Under the pieces are notes generated by a model. The model was given only the letters and a program-made list of their open reading frames with translations, was not told the DNA's origin and did no database searches. Below, in pieces: positions 1 to 8,358 of a stretch of 17,737 nucleotides of DNA. Source of the stretch: a candidate division WOR-3 bacterium (lineage in GTDB: Bacteria > Hydrothermota > Tepidihabitantia > Tepidihabitantales > Tepidihabitantaceae). The stretch is taken from the NCBI GenBank assembly GCA_965648935.1, contig CBFGIY010000051.1, positions 1-17,737 on the forward strand, in the 5' to 3' direction. Made by a program: the position numbers and the translations under genes. Every line of letters begins with the position of its first letter. Position 1 is the stretch's first letter.

Positions 1-1
1 T

Positions 2-1735
2 GCCGCTTGTCGTGAACGAACTCGCCATGCCTGAAAAGTTGGTCGCGAAACTCGTGAAAGAACCCAGGGTTGAACCGAGCCCGGCGATTGATGCGGATGA
101 GCCGGCAGAGGGGATGTACCAGGCAGGGACGGGCAGGGTTGCACCGCGCGTTTCGGCCAGACGGCCGATGTTGCGGATGAACTGCTCTGCTACACCCAAC
201 GCGGCGGCGTAGACATAGTAGTGCTCCCAGATGGCGAGCAGCCCGACCGGCGCCTGTTCGATCGCCGAGAATTCACGCAGGAACCGGCGGAACGCGCGCC
301 AGCGCTTGTGTTCGAGCAGACCGGCCTCGGACCAGCGCAGTATGGCCCGTCCTGCGAGGAGAAACGCAACCAGCGACGGTATCGCTGCGAAGGCCGCGAT
401 GAGGACGAAGGGCAGCTCCGGCGCGATCGCCAGCACACCGTAGGCGAAGAGCAACGCTCCGGCCACGATCACGGCGAACAGCGCGAGAAAGTACCGCTGC
501 TGGGCGCGCAACGATGCCGGGTCGAGCAGCTCGGTGCCCAGCTCGCGCGGCCACCAGGCGGCAGCCTCCGAGTGCAGACGGTCGAGAAAAGCCCTGACTT
601 CGGTGCTGTGGCGGCGGCCGTACTCCTCGACGTCCTTCTGCGTGAAGCTCTCGCCACCGGCAACGGTATCGAAGAAGAACTCCGACGTCTGTCTGTCGGT
701 CTCGCTCGCGTCGGGCGGCAGGGGCCGGGTGCGGCGGAACCGGTACTCGGACCGACCGCCATGGCGCGTCTCTTCCACCGTGACATATCCGCGCCGGGCA
801 AGGTCGAGCAGCCCGGCAAAGAGCGCGGCGAAGAACGACGACCGGCTGGAATCGCTGTGGTCGAGCCGTTGTTGCATGATCAGAGGTACGTACTGCGGCG
901 CGGCCAGGCGCGGCGGTTCGCGCTCGTAGACTGCTTCGTGAACAACCCGCGGCTCGCGTCCGTAGCGCCGATGGAAGGTCAGCAACAGGACCGGCGGGGC
1001 GATGAGCAGCAGCGCCAGGCCGAGCGGTATGCCGATGTAGCGGCGCAGGGTCGAGCGGGTGAAATTCGCTTTCTCCTCGGCCAGGATGCGCTCATACTGC
1101 CGCTCACCGGTCGAGCCGCGCAAGGGGAATGCGGCCGGGTCAAGCAGGACGCGTAGCTCGACGAAACGATTGCGCGGGATGCCGGTCTGTTCGACGGTTG
1201 CGCGGCTGTAGTCCGGGCTGAACTCCAGTCGACCGGGGCGCGCTGTGGAGTGGATCCAGATCTTGAAGAGCTCTGGCGAGGGCACGGGCGCGACAACCGT
1301 GACTGTCAGGCGATCGACAGGCTCGTGCTCGTCCTCGACGATCTTCCAGTAGAACTCGGCGACGTCCTCGTGTTTGGCGAGCGCGCCGAACACGGCGTAC
1401 TCGACCAGGAACGTCTTCTCTTCGTCTTGGGCCGAGTAGGACCATCTCAGGTAGACCGAACTGCCCCGGTCGGAACACTCGTCCGGAATGATGTCCTGCG
1501 GGCCGTCTCCGGTCAACTCGGCGAGCCGCAGGACGCGGATGCTGTCGGCGCCGGCGCGCTTGAGGTCGAGGAATGCCCAGGAGAAGGAGCCGTCGAAACG
1601 GTACGTGCGTTCCTGCCGGATGATTGCGATGCCGTCCGAGCGCAGGATGACGTCGATGTCCAGGCGGGGGTGCCGGTACGACTTTGCCGCCGCAAGACAG
1701 AAGAGAGCCGTGATGAGCAGGAATGGTCGCCGCAT
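2..1735 (-). CDS. DUF2207-family membrane protein, partial (3' end beyond window start; at least 578 codons)
   Basis: Not in the ORF track because it has no stop in the window. ATG at 1735-1733; I found no in-frame stop down to position 2. Starts with signal peptide MRRPFLLITALFCLAAA, then KSYRHPRLDIDVILRSDGIAIIRQERTYRFDGSFSWAF (typical DUF2207 N-terminus). Has central hydrophobic helices, WEHYYVYAAALGVAEQF near the C-terminus and a Ser/Gly/Phe-rich tail (GSFTSFATNFSGMASSFTTSG). Confidence 0.85.
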   Translation of the reverse strand, partial: MRRPFLLITALFCLAAAKSYRHPRLDIDVILRSDGIAIIRQERTYRFDGSFSWAFLDLKRAGADSIRVLRLAELTGDGPQDIIPDECSDRGSSVYLRWSYSAQDEEKTFLVEYAVFGALAKHEDVAEFYWKIVEDEHEPVDRLTVTVVAPVPSPELFKIWIHSTARPGRLEFSPDYSRATVEQTGIPRNRFVELRVLLDPAAFPLRGSTGERQYERILAEEKANFTRSTLRRYIGIPLGLALLLIAPPVLLLTFHRRYGREPRVVHEAVYEREPPRLAAPQYVPLIMQQRLDHSDSSRSSFFAALFAGLLDLARRGYVTVEETRHGGRSEYRFRRTRPLPPDASETDRQTSEFFFDTVAGGESFTQKDVEEYGRRHSTEVRAFLDRLHSEAAAWWPRELGTELLDPASLRAQQRYFLALFAVIVAGALLFAYGVLAIAPELPFVLIAAFAAIPSLVAFLLAGRAILRWSEAGLLEHKRWRAFRRFLREFSAIEQAPVGLLAIWEHYYVYAAALGVAEQFIRNIGRLAETRGATLPVPAWYIPSAGSSASIAGLGSTLGSFTSFATNFSGMASSFTTSG

Positions 1736-1741
1736 GGTTCA

Positions 1742-1771
1742 ATCCTATCGTGCCGGGGCGGGTGCTGTCAA
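1742..1771 (-). promoter_or_regulatory. Putative sigma70 promoter of the DUF2207 gene (probably leaderless)
   Basis: Minus strand TTGACA (1771-1766), 18 bp, TAGGAT (1747-1742), 6 nt, ATG at 1735; no Shine-Dalgarno sequence. Confidence 0.55.
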
Positions 1772-1781
1772 ACCGGCGGGG

Positions 1782-1809
1782 TTGCCATGCTCGCCGGGGC
1801 GAGTATAAC
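1782..1809 (+). promoter_or_regulatory. Putative sigma70 promoter of the GT-C-like gene
   Basis: TTGCCA (1782-1787), 16 bp, TATAAC (1804-1809), 8 nt, ATG at 1818. The spacer contains the inverted repeat CTCGCC-GG-GGCGAG (1790-1803). Confidence 0.45.
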
Positions 1810-1817
1810 TCTGCGGT

Positions 1818-3293
1818 ATGAATCGCGAAGGGCCGGTGCAGTTCGCGGATCATTTGGCTTCGCTTGCGTGCGCGGGTGCGGCATTGGCTGCGCGGCTGGG
1901 CTACGGGATGCTGGGAGTGCGGTTCGATTCGCGGCCGCTGGACTGGTTCATGCAGTACATCGACCCTGCGCTCCTGCGCGACCGCCTCGCCGAGAGCCTG
2001 TGGTACCTGCACAGCCAGCCGCCCGGGTTCAACCTGTTCCTCGGGCTGGTGTTGAAGTGGTCTGCGGGGCAGGAGGCCACGACATTCAATGCCGTGTATG
2101 CCCTGCTGGCCGCGTTGCTGTGCTGGGCGGTCTTCGCGCTGCAGCGGCGCCTGGGCGCGGGCCGGCCGGTTGCGCTGGTTGTCACGCTGGTTCTGGCGAC
2201 GAGCCCGGGTCTGGCACTGTACTCCAATTGGCTGTTTCACTCCCTGCCAGTCGCGGTCCTGCTTGTGTTGGCGGCACTCGGGGCTGAACGGTTCGCTGAG
2301 AAGGGTCGCGCAAGCGAGGCGCTGCTTTGTTTCGCGGCTCTGGGCGCGGTTTGCTTGTTGCACGCGCTCTTTCATCTGATATTCCTGCTGGGCGCGGTGG
2401 CGGGCGTGGTGTGGCTGAGCCCCGGGCGCAGGAGGGCGGTGTTGCTCGGATCAGCGTTGCCGGTACTGGTCGTGGCGGGCGTGTATGCGAAGAATCTTGC
2501 AGTGTTCGGCAGGTTCACAGCGTCGACCTGGACCGGGATGAATCTCTGGGCTACGACCGGGATGTATGTCCCGCCACCGGTGCGTGAGCGTTTGGTCCAG
2601 GATGGTCGAATGAGCGAGGCTGCTTTGGTTGATCGGTTCGAAACGGTCGATGCATACCCTGCGGCGTGGCAAGGCCAGTCGCCGGCCTGTGTTCCGGTGC
2701 TCACCGAGTCGCGGCGTACAACGGGCTTCCCTAACTTCAATCACCACGCTTACATCGCGATAGGCGAGCACTACCTGCGCGATGCCGTGGCAGCGGTGCG
2801 CTTCCATCCGATGGGCCTGGTCAAGGGTCTGGCCAAGGCCTGGTTCTGCTATTTCAAATCGCCCACCGACTACGTCTTGCTGGAACCCAATCGAGACCGA
2901 GTCGCCGTGCTGAATTGCGCGTATGACATGCTGCTTGCCGGGCGTTTGCCGTTCGACTTCGGCCGACTCGGTTTGGTGCCTTTGCGGTCGGAACGCGGTC
3001 ACTTCCTCGGACTCTTGTTGCTTGTCGGCCTGCCGCTGGTGTGGATGGTCGGAGCGGCCCGCTTGCGTCGAGGCACCGGTCTGCCGCGAAGCCAGAGACT
3101 TGTGCTGGTCTTGATTCTTGCCACCATTGCCTGGGTGGCGCTGACGGGGAACACCCTCGAAGCGGGCGAGAATCAGCGTTTCAGGTTCTCGACTGACCCG
3201 CTGTCACTTGTCCTGCTCGGGCTGTTCATCCAGCGGTGTCTGGACCGTCGGGCGCGGCAAAGAAGCGCTCGAGGTCGGCCAGTCGCTCAGTGA
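1818..3293 (+). CDS. Polytopic membrane protein, probable GT-C fold glycosyltransferase (ArnT/PMT-like)
   Basis: 491 aa with many hydrophobic helices. First loop carries acidic residues and a QPPGFNLFL segment resembling the GT-C HPP motif; there is a large periplasmic loop in the second half and an ENQRFRF segment before the last helix. The CDS is solid; the family call is by pattern only. Confidence 0.6.
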   Translation: MNREGPVQFADHLASLACAGAALAARLGYGMLGVRFDSRPLDWFMQYIDPALLRDRLAESLWYLHSQPPGFNLFLGLVLKWSAGQEATTFNAVYALLAALLCWAVFALQRRLGAGRPVALVVTLVLATSPGLALYSNWLFHSLPVAVLLVLAALGAERFAEKGRASEALLCFAALGAVCLLHALFHLIFLLGAVAGVVWLSPGRRRAVLLGSALPVLVVAGVYAKNLAVFGRFTASTWTGMNLWATTGMYVPPPVRERLVQDGRMSEAALVDRFETVDAYPAAWQGQSPACVPVLTESRRTTGFPNFNHHAYIAIGEHYLRDAVAAVRFHPMGLVKGLAKAWFCYFKSPTDYVLLEPNRDRVAVLNCAYDMLLAGRLPFDFGRLGLVPLRSERGHFLGLLLLVGLPLVWMVGAARLRRGTGLPRSQRLVLVLILATIAWVALTGNTLEAGENQRFRFSTDPLSLVLLGLFIQRCLDRRARQRSARGRPVAQ

Positions 3294-5199
3294 TCCTGAT
3301 TCCTTCCGGCAATGACCTGAGGAACGCGCGGCCATAGGGTTGCTCGATGATGCGACGGTCGAGCACGACGACCGCGCCGCGGTCGGTAGCGGCGCGGATG
3401 AGCCGTCCGAAGCCCTGGCGGAAACGCAGCACCGCGGTCGGGACCTGGTAGCTGACGAACGGTTCCCGGCCGGCCTTCTTGAGCCGTTCGCAGATCGCGG
3501 TCAGGCGCGGGTCGTCAGGCACCTCGAAGGGTAAGCGTACTATCACCAGACAGGAAAGCGATTCGCCGGGGACATCGACGCCCTGCCAGAACGACTGGGT
3601 CGCGAACAGCACCGAGTGTGTGTCGGAGCGGAATCGCTCGAGCAGGCGGGGCGGCGGTTCGTCGCCCTGGCGCAGGTGCGTGAAACCCGTGTTCCGGACC
3701 AGCGCGTGAACCGCGTTGAGCGATTCGTATGAGGTGAACAGCACCAGAGCCCGGCCGCGGGAGGACGCTATGACCTGTTCGAGTACCCGGGCCGCGGCCG
3801 ATGCGAACGCGCTCGCACCGGGTCGAGGCAGAGACGCGGGGACCAGCACCAGGCTGTTACGCTCGTAGTCGAAGGGCGAGTCAAGCCGCACCATCTTGAA
3901 GCCTTCCAGTCCAAGCCGGCTGACGAAGAACTCGAAGCTGCCTGCAACCGTCAGCGTCGCCGAGGTCAGCACGGTCGCAGTGACGCGGTTGTACACCGCC
4001 TCTCGCATCCTCTCCGACACGGACAGTGGCGCACACTGCAGAGTCAGCCGGCCTGCTTCAGGCCGCTCGATCCAACGCACCGCATCGGGTGAGGGCGGTT
4101 CGGCGAAAACGCGCAGGGAATCCGCCGCGAGGCGCAGCAGCCGTGCCCCGGCGCCGAGTTCGCCGGCGAGCAGTTCGTCATCGCTTCCCTGTGCTGCGTC
4201 TTCGACCGCTTCGGCGAGGTTCTCGACGGCTTGGGCGCAGGCGGCGGTGTCAACCGGCTCATCCAGTCGCAGGCGTGTCTGCGCGGGGCCGGCGAGTGGT
4301 TCGATAACAGCAGCAAGGGATTCGGCGGCGTTGCGCGCCGCTGTCGCCGCCGTCACCGCAGCGCGCCGGGACGCGCTGCGCTGATCCAGTCGCGCCGCGA
4401 GGCTATCGCGTCCCGCGGCCACGCCATCGATAGACCGGAGCAGTCCGGATAGAGACACCTGCGCGCCGAAGTGACGGGCTGCGACATCTTCGATTCGGTG
4501 TGCTTCGTCCAGTATGAGCGCCCCGAACTCGGGCAGAAGGCCGGTATCCGCAGTCATCGCCGAGAAGAGCAGTGCGTGGTTGACAATCAACACCTGGGCC
4601 TGTTCCCAGGAGCGGCGCGCAGACAGGTAGTGGCATGCGCGTCGATGCGGACATCGGTCGCGGCGGCAGGCGGCGGAATCGCGCCCGATACGGGCGACCA
4701 GCGAGGCGGGCAACCGTCCCGGGTAACCGAAGAGCAGGCCGTCATCGCTCCGCGAAGCCCAGTCAAACAGCTGCTCAGCCGACCGGGCTTCCTCAGGCGT
4801 GTCAAATAGACCCCGGCCGACACCGTGTTCGAGCCGGAAACGGCAGACATAGTTCTCCTGCCCGTAGGCTGCGGCGAAGCTGACCCCGGCGTCGAGCAGG
4901 TCCGCGACGAGCGGTGCGTCCCTGTCGATGAGCTGAGACTGCAGGACGCGGGTGTGTGTTGAGATGACGATCCGGCTGTCACGGCGCAGGGACCAGAGCG
5001 CCGCTGGCAGCAGGTAGGCGAGGCTTTTGCCGACGCCGGTGCCGGCTTCGACCACGAGCCGGGCGCCATGCTCCAGAGCCGCATTCACCTCGGCGCACAT
5101 CCTGACCTGTTCGGGGCGGTGTTCGTATCCGGGCAGCAACCGACTGAGACGACCGCCGGCCTGAAGCAGCTCGGACGGGTCGGCTGCATGGAGTTTCAT
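3226..5199 (-). CDS. dinG: ATP-dependent DNA helicase, DinG/YoaA family (Fe-S cluster type, no N-terminal exonuclease domain)
   Basis: Q motif YEHRPEQ, Walker A EAGTGVGKS, DEAH box, TSAT motif III, FWQGVDVPG motif V, QGFGRLIR motif VI, and Fe-S cysteines NYVC...AACRRDRCPHRRACHY. Confidence 0.93.
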   Translation of the reverse strand: MKLHAADPSELLQAGGRLSRLLPGYEHRPEQVRMCAEVNAALEHGARLVVEAGTGVGKSLAYLLPAALWSLRRDSRIVISTHTRVLQSQLIDRDAPLVADLLDAGVSFAAAYGQENYVCRFRLEHGVGRGLFDTPEEARSAEQLFDWASRSDDGLLFGYPGRLPASLVARIGRDSAACRRDRCPHRRACHYLSARRSWEQAQVLIVNHALLFSAMTADTGLLPEFGALILDEAHRIEDVAARHFGAQVSLSGLLRSIDGVAAGRDSLAARLDQRSASRRAAVTAATAARNAAESLAAVIEPLAGPAQTRLRLDEPVDTAACAQAVENLAEAVEDAAQGSDDELLAGELGAGARLLRLAADSLRVFAEPPSPDAVRWIERPEAGRLTLQCAPLSVSERMREAVYNRVTATVLTSATLTVAGSFEFFVSRLGLEGFKMVRLDSPFDYERNSLVLVPASLPRPGASAFASAAARVLEQVIASSRGRALVLFTSYESLNAVHALVRNTGFTHLRQGDEPPPRLLERFRSDTHSVLFATQSFWQGVDVPGESLSCLVIVRLPFEVPDDPRLTAICERLKKAGREPFVSYQVPTAVLRFRQGFGRLIRAATDRGAVVVLDRRIIEQPYGRAFLRSLPEGIRITERLADLERFFAAPDGPDTAG

Positions 5200-5208
5200 G
5201 GAGCGACG

Positions 5209-5236
5209 ATGATACGCTGTAACAGCGCAGTCGCAA
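5209..5236 (-). promoter_or_regulatory. Putative sigma70 promoter of dinG
   Basis: Minus strand TTGCGA (5236-5231), 16 bp, TATCAT (5214-5209), 9 nt, ATG at 5199. Confidence 0.5.
5215..5227. promoter_or_regulatory. Operator-like palindrome in the dinG promoter spacer
   Basis: CGCTGT-A-ACAGCG, perfect 6-bp arms, directly next to the putative -10 box. Confidence 0.35.
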
Positions 5237-5300
5237 GTCCGCGTTCACCGCCTGCGTGATGCGTCGGCATTCAAGGATGCCGCGATTCGCCGGTTGCTGG

Positions 5301-5338
5301 TTGACACGGCAGGCCGCTTGCTTGACTTGGCAGGGCCG
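5301..5338 (+). repeat. Imperfect tandem direct repeat upstream of ogt
   Basis: TTGACACGGCAGGCCG (5301-5316) and TTGACTTGGCAGGGCCG (5322-5338), 21-bp period. Confidence 0.5.
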
Positions 5339-5349
5339 GGTTCTAATAT
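5322..5349 (+). promoter_or_regulatory. Putative sigma70 promoter of ogt and the MBL hydrolase gene
   Basis: TTGACT (5322-5327), 16 bp, TAATAT (5344-5349); ATG at 5361. Confidence 0.55.
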
Positions 5350-5360
5350 GGCTGACAAGC

Positions 5361-5864
5361 ATGAATCGAGCGCAGTCGTCGTGTTCGCTGCCGCCCGGCA
5401 CAGCCACCCTCGTATGGCGTCAGGACCGCGTAGTCGCCGTGAAGCTGTCGTGCAGGCCGCTGAATCATCCCAATGACAGCGGCGTCTGCAACGCCCTGCT
5501 GACCGCGCTTGACCGCGGGCCGGCCGCGGCGGGTCTGCGGTTCGATCTGGGCAGGCTGCCCGAGTTCACGCGTGCGGTGCTGCGATTGTGCAGCCGTATA
5601 CGGTCCGGTCAGGTCAGGACCTATGGCGAACTGGCGCGCGCGGCGGGCCGACCGGGCGCGGCGCGGGCAGTCGGCCAGGCGATGGCCACCAACCCGCTTC
5701 CGCTCATCATTCCCTGCCACCGGGTGGTCCGCTCAAACGGGTACATCGGCGGATACACCGGCGGGATGGTGTGGAAGGAGTTTCTGCTTGAGCGCGAAGG
5801 TTGGACCCTGACCGGCAGAGCCGGTTCGCGGCGGCTGGTGTCGCGACCTCTGGGTGTCGTGTGA
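5361..5864 (+). CDS. ogt: Methylated-DNA--protein-cysteine methyltransferase (MGMT/Ogt)
   Basis: TYGELARAAGRPGAARAVGQAMATNP helix-turn-helix region, active-site IPCHRVV, and GGYTGG...KEFLLEREG tail. I moved the start from 5256 to the ATG at 5361 (167 aa) because the putative promoter lies inside the longer ORF. Confidence 0.92.
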   Translation: MNRAQSSCSLPPGTATLVWRQDRVVAVKLSCRPLNHPNDSGVCNALLTALDRGPAAAGLRFDLGRLPEFTRAVLRLCSRIRSGQVRTYGELARAAGRPGAARAVGQAMATNPLPLIIPCHRVVRSNGYIGGYTGGMVWKEFLLEREGWTLTGRAGSRRLVSRPLGVV

Positions 5865-6496
5865 GCGAGGTCACCCGGCTTGTGGTCGGTCCGCTGGCGA
5901 CTAACTGCTACATCCTGAAGTCCGGCGATGCTCTGGCGATTGTCGACCCGGGCGGCGACGCCGGACGGATTCTTGAAGAGGCCGGAAGCGTCGGCGGCAG
6001 AGTAGAGCTGGTCATCGCAACGCACGGTCACATCGACCACGTTGCGGCGGCCGGGGCAGTGGTGCGAGCGAGCGGGGCAGGACTGCTGGTGCACAGGGCC
6101 GATGCCGTGATGCTGGAGAACCCGCAGCAGAGCCTGGCCGCATTGATGGGTATTGACATTCAGCCGGTCAAGCCGACTCGACTGCTGTCCGATGGTGACA
6201 CAGTTGCGGTGGGTGAGACCGAGCTTGCGGTGCTGCACACGCCCGGTCACACGCCGGGCGGCATCTGCCTGCTCGGGCCGGGCTTCGCGTTCACCGGCGA
6301 CACGCTGTTCGTCGCCTCAGTCGGCAGGACCGACTTTCCGGGCGGGTCCGAGGCGAGGTTGCGCGATTCGCTCGCACTGCTCAGGTCGCGCTTGGCGCGG
6401 GACACCATGCTGTACCCGGGGCACGACGAGCCGGGCAGTTTCGCCCGAGCTCTGCTGGTGAACCCCTTCCTTGGTTCGGGCTGGCCGCTTGACTGA
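5861..6496 (+). CDS. MBL-fold metallo-hydrolase (glyoxalase II/YcbL-like)
   Basis: VGPLATNCY, DPGG, THGHIDH metal motif, HTPGHTPG, GDTLF, GRTDFPGG, YPGH. GTG start at 5861 overlaps the ogt stop (GTGA); 211 aa. Confidence 0.9.
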   Translation: MSEVTRLVVGPLATNCYILKSGDALAIVDPGGDAGRILEEAGSVGGRVELVIATHGHIDHVAAAGAVVRASGAGLLVHRADAVMLENPQQSLAALMGIDIQPVKPTRLLSDGDTVAVGETELAVLHTPGHTPGGICLLGPGFAFTGDTLFVASVGRTDFPGGSEARLRDSLALLRSRLARDTMLYPGHDEPGSFARALLVNPFLGSGWPLD

Positions 6497-6516
6497 CCCG
6501 TCCGTTGGCATATGAT
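6489..6516 (+). promoter_or_regulatory. Putative sigma70 promoter of the ino1-tmk-ctpA-mutM run
   Basis: TTGACT (6489-6494), 16 bp, TATGAT (6511-6516). Confidence 0.55.
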
Positions 6517-6572
6517 TCCCGGTGGAAGGGCTGGAAGGCGGAGAGTGGGTATTGGCGTAACCTGCTGTCTCT

Positions 6573-6578
6573 AGGAGG
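6573..6578 (+). promoter_or_regulatory. Shine-Dalgarno sequence of ino1
   Basis: AGGAGG ending 4 nt before the GTG at 6583. Confidence 0.7.
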
Positions 6579-6582
6579 ATAA

Positions 6583-7668
6583 GTGTCTAAGGTGAGAGTT
6601 GGCATTATCGGTGTGGGCAACTGCGCGAGCAGCCTTGTCCAGGGCGTTCACTACTACCGCGACGCCAAGCCGGGCGAACGGGTGCCGGGCATAATGCATG
6701 TCGACCTGGGCGGCTATCACATACGCGATATCGAGTTCACGGTTGCCATCGACATCGACAAGCGCAAGGTCGGCAAGGACCTGGCCCAAGCCATTTACAC
6801 CTACCCAAACAACACATTCAAGTTCGCCGACGTGCCGCGGTCAGGTGTGAAGGTCGTGCGGGGGATGACCCATGACGGCTTGGGATATTATCTTTCGCAG
6901 ATAATCGAGAAGGCGCCCGGGCCGACCGCCGACATAGTGCGTATCCTGAAGGAGACGCGCACCGACGTCGTCGTCAATTACCTGCCGGTGGGCAGCGAGG
7001 AGGCGACGAAATGGTACGTTGAGCAGGTGCTGAAGGCCGGGTGCGCGTTCGTCAATTGCATACCGGTTTTCATCGCGTCACAGAAGTACTGGCACAGGCG
7101 GTTCAAGAGCGCTGGCCTGCCCGTCATCGGCGATGACATCAAGTCCCAGGTTGGTGCGACGATACTGCACCGGGTGCTGGTATCGCTGTTCAACGACCGG
7201 GGCGTCAGGCTGCTGCGCACGTCGCAGCTCAATGTCGGCGGCAATACCGATTTCATGAACATGCTTGAGCGCAGTCGCCTCGTCTCGAAGAAGATATCCA
7301 AGACCGGCGCTGTGACCTCACTGCTCAAACACGATATTGGGGCCGAAAACGTTTACATCGGGCCGTCGGACTACGTCGCCTGGCTCAAGGACCGCAAGTG
7401 GGCGCACATCCGTCTTGAGGGTCAGACCTTCGGCGACGTGCCGCTCAACCTGGAACTCAAGCTCGAGGTCTGGGACTCGCCTAACTCGGCCGGGGTCGTG
7501 ATTGACGCCATCCGCTGCGCCAAGCTGGCGATGGACCGCGGTCTTTCGGGCAGCATCGCCGAGCCGTCGAGCTACTTCATGAAGACCCCGCCGGTGCAGT
7601 TCCCGGACGAGGTCTGCCGTGACAAGACCGAGGCATTCATCCGTAAGGCTGCCCGGCGCAAGCACTAG
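6583..7668 (+). CDS. ino1: myo-inositol-1-phosphate (inositol-3-phosphate) synthase, short bacterial/archaeal type
   Basis: [15 protein letters not shown]-binding motif, [35 protein letters not shown]; 361 aa; strong RBS. Confidence 0.96.
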   Translation: MSKVRVGIIGVGNCASSLVQGVHYYRDAKPGERVPGIMHVDLGGYHIRDIEFTVAIDIDKRKVGKDLAQAIYTYPNNTFKFADVPRSGVKVVRGMTHDGLGYYLSQIIEKAPGPTADIVRILKETRTDVVVNYLPVGSEEATKWYVEQVLKAGCAFVNCIPVFIASQKYWHRRFKSAGLPVIGDDIKSQVGATILHRVLVSLFNDRGVRLLRTSQLNVGGNTDFMNMLERSRLVSKKISKTGAVTSLLKHDIGAENVYIGPSDYVAWLKDRKWAHIRLEGQTFGDVPLNLELKLEVWDSPNSAGVVIDAIRCAKLAMDRGLSGSIAEPSSYFMKTPPVQFPDEVCRDKTEAFIRKAARRKH

Positions 7669-7679
7669 GTCCGGTTCGA

Positions 7680-8354
7680 GTGGAGCGTGACGCGCCCGGC
7701 AAGCCCCGGCCCGGCCTGCTCATTACATTCGAGGGCGTTGAGGGTTCGGGCAAGTCGACGCAGGCGAGACGGTTGTGCGAGTGGCTGATCGCGCAGGGCT
7801 TCGAGACCGTGCTGTCGCGGGAGCCGGGCGGCACGCCGATCGGCGAGGCGGTGCGGGCGATACTGCTGGACCCGGCGAACACATCCATGCACGGCCTGAC
7901 CGAGCTCTTCCTGTACCTGGCCAGCCGTAATCAGCACGTGCGCGAGCGGGTCATGCCTGAGCTGGCCGCAGGCCGCTTCGTGGTGCTGGACCGCTACATC
8001 GATTCGTCGGTCGCATATCAGGGCGGGGGCAGGGAGCTGGGCGCGCGGCTGGTGGCGCGGCTGAACAAGCTGGCGACGGCGGCGCGGCGTCCGGACTTGA
8101 CCGTCCTTGTCGATGTGCCGGTCCTGGTCGGGCAGGACCGCAAGGGCGCGATGTCGCTTGACAGGCTGGAGCGCGAGCGGGTAGAATTTCACGAGCGGGT
8201 CCGCGCAGCCTACATTCGCCTGGCGCGTCGGGCACCGGGCCGTGTCAAGCTGCTTGACGGCACGAGGCCCGCCGATGAACTGGAGGCAGAGGTCAGGGAA
8301 CTGGTGAGCGAGCTGCTTGAGAGAAAGGGCCGCCGGCAACAGGGCGGCAGGTGA
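7680..8354 (+). CDS. tmk: Thymidylate (dTMP) kinase
   Basis: P-loop FEGVEGSGKSTQ, REPGGT, DRYIDSSVAYQG, DRLE, FHERVRAAY. Confidence 0.96.
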   Translation: MERDAPGKPRPGLLITFEGVEGSGKSTQARRLCEWLIAQGFETVLSREPGGTPIGEAVRAILLDPANTSMHGLTELFLYLASRNQHVRERVMPELAAGRFVVLDRYIDSSVAYQGGGRELGARLVARLNKLATAARRPDLTVLVDVPVLVGQDRKGAMSLDRLERERVEFHERVRAAYIRLARRAPGRVKLLDGTRPADELEAEVRELVSELLERKGRRQQGGR

Positions 8355-8358
8355 TTCT

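Noticed and set aside
221..1156. 311-aa plus-strand ORF (and 1250..2287, 345 aa)
   Set aside because: Antisense shadows of the DUF2207 gene; no recognisable motifs, and long shadow ORFs are expected in high-GC DNA.
1140..2375. 411-aa minus-strand ORF
   Set aside because: Arg/Pro-rich, out of frame with the DUF2207 gene and antisense to the GT-C-like gene; it spans the promoter region.
5256..5360. N-terminal extension of ogt in the ORF track (possible Ada-like domain)
   Set aside because: No Ada zinc-binding cysteine pattern, and it overlaps the putative promoter; ATG 5361 is preferred.
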